A DNA stretch of 64,000 nt, taken from the NCBI GenBank assembly GCA_010093815.1, contig ML996576.1. One strand, 5' to 3'. Position 1 is the first letter of the stretch. Every line of letters starts with the position of its first letter. This document shows positions 57,525-64,000 of this stretch, piece after piece. Source of the stretch: Pseudovirgaria hyperparasitica. Lineage: Eukaryota. The position numbers were made by a program, and so were the translations under genes. The notes under the pieces were generated by a model that did no database searches, was not told the origin of the DNA, and saw only the letters and a list, made by a program, of their open reading frames with translations.

Positions 57525-60392
57525 TCATACGCCGTTAATAAGCTCGTGAGCATGGTCCTCGTCCTCATCAGACGAAACAGGCGAGAAAGGAATCTCTGCT
57601 TGTTCATCTGTGTCGTCAGCAGGCCACATTACGGCTTTGTCTCTACTCCCCCTGGGCGTCGACGGCCCGCTCTGGCTTTCTCTGTAAACCTCAGGTGGTG
57701 ACTCTGGCGTCGGCGGCGCGACTTGAACTTCCGGCATTTGCTCCCTTTCTTTGGCGACTTCTCCGGTGTTACTCTCTGGGCTGCTTTGCGGGCTAAGCAT
57801 TTTGTCTGAGTCATGCTCCGCTTCGTCGTCAGTAGGCGCATTACTACTCGTAGGCGTACTCCTACGAATATGCACCTCTGACATGGTCGCACGAAGCTTT
57901 GAGCTCCAGCCCTGGGGTGGACTCATTGGGCGCCATTGATCCTTAAGATTACTCACTTGTTGATATATTGGTACTTCCAGCCCGCCGGCAATCCCTGATC
58001 TAACGAATAGCACGAGACCAAGACACAGAAGGAGAAGCGTGCTTTGCACTACAGCCATACGTTTCTGAAACACTAGTTCGTCGGCGAGAATACTGAGACG
58101 CGAAGAAATGGCGAACACTTCTGTAGCGTGCTGTTCACGCTGGCCTTCAAGCTCGAGGATCGTGGACTGCCAGAGAAGGTCGTATTGTTGACGGAATCCG
58201 CGGAGTTCAGTCATGACCGTGTCATTCAGGGTCTGCAAGAATGATTCGGTTTTGGAGAGCTGTCTTTTCTCGACTTTGACAAAGGCGTCACGGAGGATTC
58301 GAGACTGTTCTTCGATGTATTGAAGTGAAAGGGTTGAGTTTGCTTCTAGCTGCTGTAGGCGCTTCTGTATGGATTTGAAAACTGACTCTTGTGTGGTAGG
58401 GTTCGGAGTCGGGGGTACGGTTGGGGATGGGCGACCAACGTGAGACTGTTGTTGGGATTGTGGCTGTTGTTGTCGGGTTGCATGATTCGAATCATGAGGC
58501 GGAGACGGCGAAACTGAGTGCTCTTCAGGTGTGGCAGATGATGTCTGCGGAGCGGAAGGGACGTGGCTAGGGTCCGAGATTTTCTCTGCAGAACTGATCT
58601 GTGTCGTCGACGGCGTGGCCTCATTGGAAGGCTGAACTATAACAGTGGCATCGTCCTTCGAGGACCCTACGGTCGCGTCTGGTGTGTGCTCATTACATAC
58701 TGATGTCAAGGTTCCATTAACAAAGACCAATGAATACGAGGTAGGATGTTGATCGTTCTGCCCAGACTCCTGATCGATTGAAGAAGTCATGTGACCCGCA
58801 GAGCTTGAATCGGGTCCGGGTGAAGGCTGTCCGCTTACGTTCCCGGTCATCGGAAGAGCTGAAGTGTCTGTAAGGGACGGTACTGTCATAGTATTGACAG
58901 GATTACTGTTGTCTTTCTCGACTAGACGCGACATAATCTCCACTGCAGACGAATGGACAACCTCAGACGATGGTTCCTGAGGAGTCTCCATTGGCGGAAC
59001 GCCTGAAATAACCCCCTCCTGGGCTGCCTCCTCTAAGGGATCTTCGTAAAAATTGCCCCTGGACAAATCTTCCTCGTTCTTGTACTCCTCCATCATAGTT
59101 GTACCATGGACTCGTAGTAAACTTACGGGACAGTAATACTCATTCCCGTACTGCGTCAGAAATTCTACGCGAAGATAACGTGCCCATATGAGAGGTTGTT
59201 CGACTAAGAAAGCCTGAATGTCGCGACTGTTTCGTGCCTCGAATATACCAAGAACTTTCCATCCTTCCATCTTCACGGGAAATCGATCAGACACCGACAC
59301 CCTGAATGTGCGGAACATGGAGCTGAAAAATTCGTAGTTTGCAAGAACGACTGTGTCTACCAGTATATCGTCGCACAACTCTACGATAATGAACTTGTTC
59401 TCGGCTCTACATTCGTTCAGCATATAGCTGTCCTTGTTTTCCACCAAGACTGATGAGGAAGACTTGGACTGCGAGTTTGTTTTGAGTACATTTGCTGCGC
59501 AGTCAAATGAGGCATAATTGAAGCGTTCCTTGCATGTCTTTCCAGCATCTTTACTGCGTCCTACACTCATCGGTACTTCTGCTCCCTCACTTGGTCGCTC
59601 TTTGCCTTGCGTGCTGGGTTGGGTCGACCGCCATCGCTCTAGATCGCGAGTCTCCGGCGGCCCAAACCCGAAATCAAGATCTATTTCAGCGTCTTCACCA
59701 AGACTGTCGAGAGCATTGCTAATACCTGGGCGTTTCCTGCCGTCGGGAGCTTGGCGACCACCGCCGATGTTATCCGGTGATTGGCCAGCTTTTGCCAGGT
59801 TTTGTCTTTTCCATTCTTCGAAGGAAAGAAAGTTGGTGTCATCTAGGGGCGAATCGGTGTCTACGATCGATTCTATGCTGGTGGGATGTGTCGTGGCCAC
59901 CGCCGGCTTTGATTGAGCGGCGGTTTGTGTTGCATGCCCCGCATCAGGATTCTGTGGTATTCTGTATGCCACTTGACTTCGATCGGGTAGTCTTGTAAGT
60001 GCCCATGGCCCCTCGTACATATCATCTTGAGCTTCTGGGGGCTCTGGAAGCGGTGCTCTCGATGTCTTGTGGCATTGTTGCGGTAGAGTATGTGTGAGGT
60101 AGTTCACGGTCCTCGATGGACATGTCGATGGCGTAAAGGGTAGAGAAGCCGATTTCAGTGTCAAGCTCGACGTAGTATAGGGTTTTTGCAGATATTGCGC
60201 AGTTGCCGGAGGTGTTGGTGAGCTTATGGGTGAAGCTACGGTGGAGGAAACTGGAGTCGGCGACGCGGTGGAAGAATGAAGCTCTTCTGTGGTCGTCACT
60301 GGTGTGACATGAGCTTCATTGACAGCACTGCAGCCAGCTAGCCGCAGAAAAGACGTGGCAAGTATCCATGCGAATGCGCCATTGGTTCTCAT
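57525..60392 (-). CDS. SLP1: Mid-SUN (Sad1/UNC-like) domain ER membrane protein Slp1/SUCO
   Basis: Signal-peptide-like MRTNGAFAWILATSFLRLAGCSA. FLSFEEWK; KERFNYASFDCAA..ENKDSYMLN..LANYEFFSS..YYCPVSLLRVHG; QESVFKSIQKRLQQLEANSTLS; C-terminal TM helix. ORF is open to 60473. Confidence 0.92.
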   Translation of the reverse strand: MRTNGAFAWILATSFLRLAGCSAVNEAHVTPVTTTEELHSSTASPTPVSSTVASPISSPTPPATAQYLQKPYTTSSLTLKSASLPFTPSTCPSRTVNYLTHTLPQQCHKTSRAPLPEPPEAQDDMYEGPWALTRLPDRSQVAYRIPQNPDAGHATQTAAQSKPAVATTHPTSIESIVDTDSPLDDTNFLSFEEWKRQNLAKAGQSPDNIGGGRQAPDGRKRPGISNALDSLGEDAEIDLDFGFGPPETRDLERWRSTQPSTQGKERPSEGAEVPMSVGRSKDAGKTCKERFNYASFDCAANVLKTNSQSKSSSSVLVENKDSYMLNECRAENKFIIVELCDDILVDTVVLANYEFFSSMFRTFRVSVSDRFPVKMEGWKVLGIFEARNSRDIQAFLVEQPLIWARYLRVEFLTQYGNEYYCPVSLLRVHGTTMMEEYKNEEDLSRGNFYEDPLEEAAQEGVISGVPPMETPQEPSSEVVHSSAVEIMSRLVEKDNSNPVNTMTVPSLTDTSALPMTGNVSGQPSPGPDSSSAGHMTSSIDQESGQNDQHPTSYSLVFVNGTLTSVCNEHTPDATVGSSKDDATVIVQPSNEATPSTTQISSAEKISDPSHVPSAPQTSSATPEEHSVSPSPPHDSNHATRQQQPQSQQQSHVGRPSPTVPPTPNPTTQESVFKSIQKRLQQLEANSTLSLQYIEEQSRILRDAFVKVEKRQLSKTESFLQTLNDTVMTELRGFRQQYDLLWQSTILELEGQREQHATEVFAISSRLSILADELVFQKRMAVVQSTLLLLCLGLVLFVRSGIAGGLEVPIYQQVSNLKDQWRPMSPPQGWSSKLRATMSEVHIRRSTPTSSNAPTDDEAEHDSDKMLSPQSSPESNTGEVAKEREQMPEVQVAPPTPESPPEVYRESQSGPSTPRGSRDKAVMWPADDTDEQAEIPFSPVSSDEDEDHAHELINGV

Positions 60393-61931
60393 TGCTCGAG
60401 GGCATGCCTTCGAGAAGACAAGAAGCAGTCGTTTTGTCGGGCCAGAAATGGTGCTGATATCATGGAAGTACAAGACTGAGCTTCACATGGACCGTATCAG
60501 ATATAGAAGCAGATAGTTCAAGTTCCTGGTTCTGACTGATAGCTGATAGGTGTGAAGTATCATGCGAATAGTGAAGGTGTCAAGTTGTGGGTTCAGGTGT
60601 GACGCCACAGGCGCATTTCGCGAACATCAAAAAGCTTTCCTGCCCAAGTGGCAGGTGCCCGCCGCCCGTACTGTAGATACGAGAATGCCAAGCCACCGAG
60701 AACAAAAGAGACGTCTCACCGGCAGTAAGCAAGACATCGTATGAGCACTTCTTCACGATTATATAGCCCGAATTAATGAGCCACACCATCCATCGCAACT
60801 CGATACTCAAGTTCCACAGAATAGTTGTCAAAGTCATACGATAGTTGAGAAGATCTTGAGTAGGTGCCATTGATTGTCTCCAGCGGGGTCATCTGTCATC
60901 CCCCCATAGTAGCTGGCGCACACCACCATTCCATTACCACCACCACCACCACCACCACGAGAGCTTCAGGATACATAAGCCTAGGTATGTACCCCACGAT
61001 TCAGCCAGAACAGTTCTCGCCCACAAGCTCGTGATCCTAAATTTATGACCGGTGCCGGCCTCAATCCTGTCTACGCAGGTAACTAACCCACTCAGTGTAA
61101 GCGCAAAGCGGATGAAGGGAACCTCGTTTTCCATACCACCATGCCTTGTTATCCCGCAGTCTATACATGCATACGCCACACCCTGCCTGACATGCACACC
61201 AGACCTGTAAATGCAAAAAAAGATTTTGAACCACCCAAGGGTTCGACCAGATAATCCCGCCGCCGTCACCATCGCACACGGTGCACGCGCAAGCAGACCA
61301 AGCAAGCACGGGATGAGCGAGAGTGAATCGCACCCATAAGTTGGTGCATGAAAGCGAGTGATCTGATCTGTAGACTGCAATGTCCACCCAATTCGCCGAA
61401 ATCAAATCGCCAGCCTATATCGCCAGCCCGAACCAATCAATATCAGCCCTCATCCCTGACTGAAACCACTGCAAAACAAAAGAAAGCAATCGCAAGGGCT
61501 ACAAACCCGGTTTTGGCGTCCGGGGCAAGTGCCTGACATGACTTGACCCTCACCAGCGCGCAGGCCACTCCGCTCTCTAGGATCAATGCACGCTGGGAAG
61601 CGGTGAACAAAACAGAAAAAAAATACAAAGAATGGTATCGAACAGATTCCCAAGTCCAGAGCTGCCCATGAAGGCTTTCAGTCCCCGAGGCCTTCTGTAG
61701 CCAACTCCCGGAACTCCGTGCAGTATAAAAATGGTGCGAAGAGTATGTGTAGTGATTTGCATGTCTTCGGCTCGCTGTGATGCTGATGCTGTACTAAATG
61801 AGAAACAGGAAATCGGGCTGCCAAGAATAATCTCAGCGAAGACGACCAACCGTTGAGTCTGATGGTGTAGGCTGTCATCTCAAGACCAGAACGAAGATGT
61901 GTAAAGGAGATTTAAGCTGCGATGCGGAGTC

Positions 61932-63504
61932 TTAAAAGCCCTCATCGCCAGCACGACAGATTTTGATGTCCTTGACCCATTCGGAAAGGAGGACTTGATG
62001 CGCGGTAAGACGACGTGTTGGATTTGGGTCTAGTATGGAGTAGATCACATTTCGACATTGTCGCTAAATAGTTGTTAGCGTCTCACATGACATGGTAAGA
62101 TTGATAACTCACCCTCCGGAGAACCTCAATTGGTCGGTATCCGGCTTCCTCGCGGCGGTCTTCAAGGTATTTATTGAAAAACTCATCTTCTTCTTTCTGA
62201 GCAACACGCCAGAGGTGACGACCAGTCCGCATAGCCATATAAATGATACCACAGGCCCAGACGTCAACTGCCCTGGGATCAAACTCCTGATCAACATATT
62301 CTTCGGGCGCAATGTAAGGGGCTGAACCGCACAGTCCAGCTGTCATGTGGGCTTCTTTCTCCCAGGCCATGCGGAAACACTCTCCGTTTCCGAAATCGGT
62401 GATTTTGATAGAGCCATGTTGCGTGAGGAGGAGATTCTCCGGTTTTAGGTCGCGATGAGCAACACCCATCTCGTGCATGTACTCTACACCGCGCATGAGC
62501 TGCTTGAAGAAGCAGTCGGCTTCCAAAACTTCGAGTTGAGTGGCTGCAAGGATAAGCGTGTACAAATCACCACCCGCACAGTACTCCATCACTTCGCAGT
62601 AAATGCCTTTGTCATCTTGCAAAAGGTCGAGTGTGTTGATGACGTTGGGGTGTGCCATTGAAGAGGAGATGCAGAATTCTGACGTCAACCGTTTTTGATA
62701 TTTTTTGTCGGATTCGCCTGGTCTTTGCTTGAACTCTTTGACGGCATAGAGCTGCTCTCGCTTCGGGTCTTTGCTATCTTGCTTATGCGAGATCCGAACC
62801 ACGCCAAAAGCACCACGACCAATGACCTCTTGGCACTTTCCGTACTTCTGTACAAGGGTCTGGGAAGTATTGGCGAGGTTCTTCTGTTCTGTGAGCTTCT
62901 CTTTCTCGTTTCGCATGACATCGGCCCAATTCGCCATAAGACTTAGAGGTTGCTGTTCCTCGGGCTGGTCCTTCCTTTTTCCAACCATAAGTTCTCGGAA
63001 CATGTCTGACAGCTTTTCTTGTCTGCGACCAGCTTTTAAGTGATGCTCATGGGTCCCATCTTCGGCTGTCCAGAAGCGACCGCGTATAGTGGCTTGGATC
63101 TGATCCTTCTTCGCTTTACTCTTGTCGTTGACTGATGGTGCTCGGGATGGAGGCGGACGAGCCACAGAGGCAGGGGCAGGGTCGCCGTTTGACTTCAGGC
63201 TGTCTCCATTTGATCGTGTCGCATCTTTTGAACTGTCGTCTTTACGAACAAGTAGGTTGCTAAGACGCGAAGTTATTGTGGGTTTGCGTACGGGCTGTAA
63301 TCTGCTGTCAGAAGAGACGGGCGCTCCAGTGCCATTCGAGGAGGGAGCAGAAGTTGGAGAGGTGACGGGGTGTTGTGCAGCAGGAAGTTGTGAGAATTTG
63401 CCGTCCTCGGATTGCAGAGATGAGGTGGAGATGGATGGAGCAGGTGAGGCAGTTGTTTTCGAGCTCGCGCTGGGTGGCTGGCTCATCGGAGCGAGTGTAG
63501 ACAT
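61932..63504 (-). CDS. SAT4: Ser/Thr kinase of the Npr1/Hal family (Sat4/Hal4-like); intron 62112-62064
   Basis: [45 protein letters not shown] and [10 protein letters not shown]; last exon [21 protein letters not shown]. Confidence 0.92.
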
Positions 63505-64000
63505 GTGGTGTTGAATAGTCTGGGTGTTTGGGAAAAGTAGGATTTATTATTGTTCGGGGCGATGACGAAGGACCGAGGGTCGTCGGAAGACGGAGCTGGT
63601 CCGAAGGAGTTGATGAGGCTTCTTATTCGCGACGGGGCTCGAGCGCGTCAAAGTGACACAACCCAGGAAAGTTTTGCGGCCTGGACCTGGCAGCGGTGCA
63701 CAGGGTATCAAATGTCGAGCAAGGAGGTGATTGTAAAGCGGAGTGGAAGTTGCTGGCGTCGTGACGAAGTGGGCAGCGAAGGGGGTACTTCAAGGCCAGG
63801 ACAGGAGGGAAACGTAACAAGGACCCTGGCAGAGCAGCCGAGGACGAAAGTCTCCTGCTAGGAGCCCCGACGTCGACGACTTCTGGCTGGTAAAACTTGG
63901 TCTTGTGTAGGCGGTTGGTCGGGCGAGGAGAGGCGACCTAGGTAGCCAGCAGCTTCGACAGCTGACAAACTCGCAGGCTTGGCTACTTTCTCGCCGTGCA

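Noticed and set aside
60936..60958. (CCA)n run producing a poly-W ORF end
   Set aside because: It is a simple intergenic microsatellite.

Overview
This is eukaryotic DNA from a filamentous ascomycete (Pezizomycotina-like), with short GT..AG introns and CTRAC/CTAAY branch sites. About 1-19.5 kb and 57.5-64 kb hold compact conserved genes: EPL1, an RKM4/SETD6-like SET protein, an Edc1/PNRC-motif protein, RBX1, SPC1 (absent from the ORF track, rebuilt by hand), ARC18, GCD10/TRM6, a MINDY deubiquitinase, two F-box-like proteins, SLP1 and a SAT4/HAL4 kinase. About 20-57 kb is looser and looks accessory. It holds a GH31_u1-type glycosidase, an MFS transporter, two APH-like kinases, an EF-hand NADPH oxidase (NoxC/Nox3 type), a BBE-like FAD oxidase, a poly-Q bZIP, a CDF transporter, three orphan ORFs, several minisatellites and TpA-rich RIP-like relics. 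The best hidden structure is an orphan gene split by a perfect 17-nt duplication, a second orphan interrupted by one in-frame TAA, a probable RIP-killed gene and a G4-type minisatellite. I found no tRNA, rRNA, CRISPR array or intact transposon, and no clearly novel multi-gene system that I can support from sequence alone. Family names come from motif recognition, not database searches.
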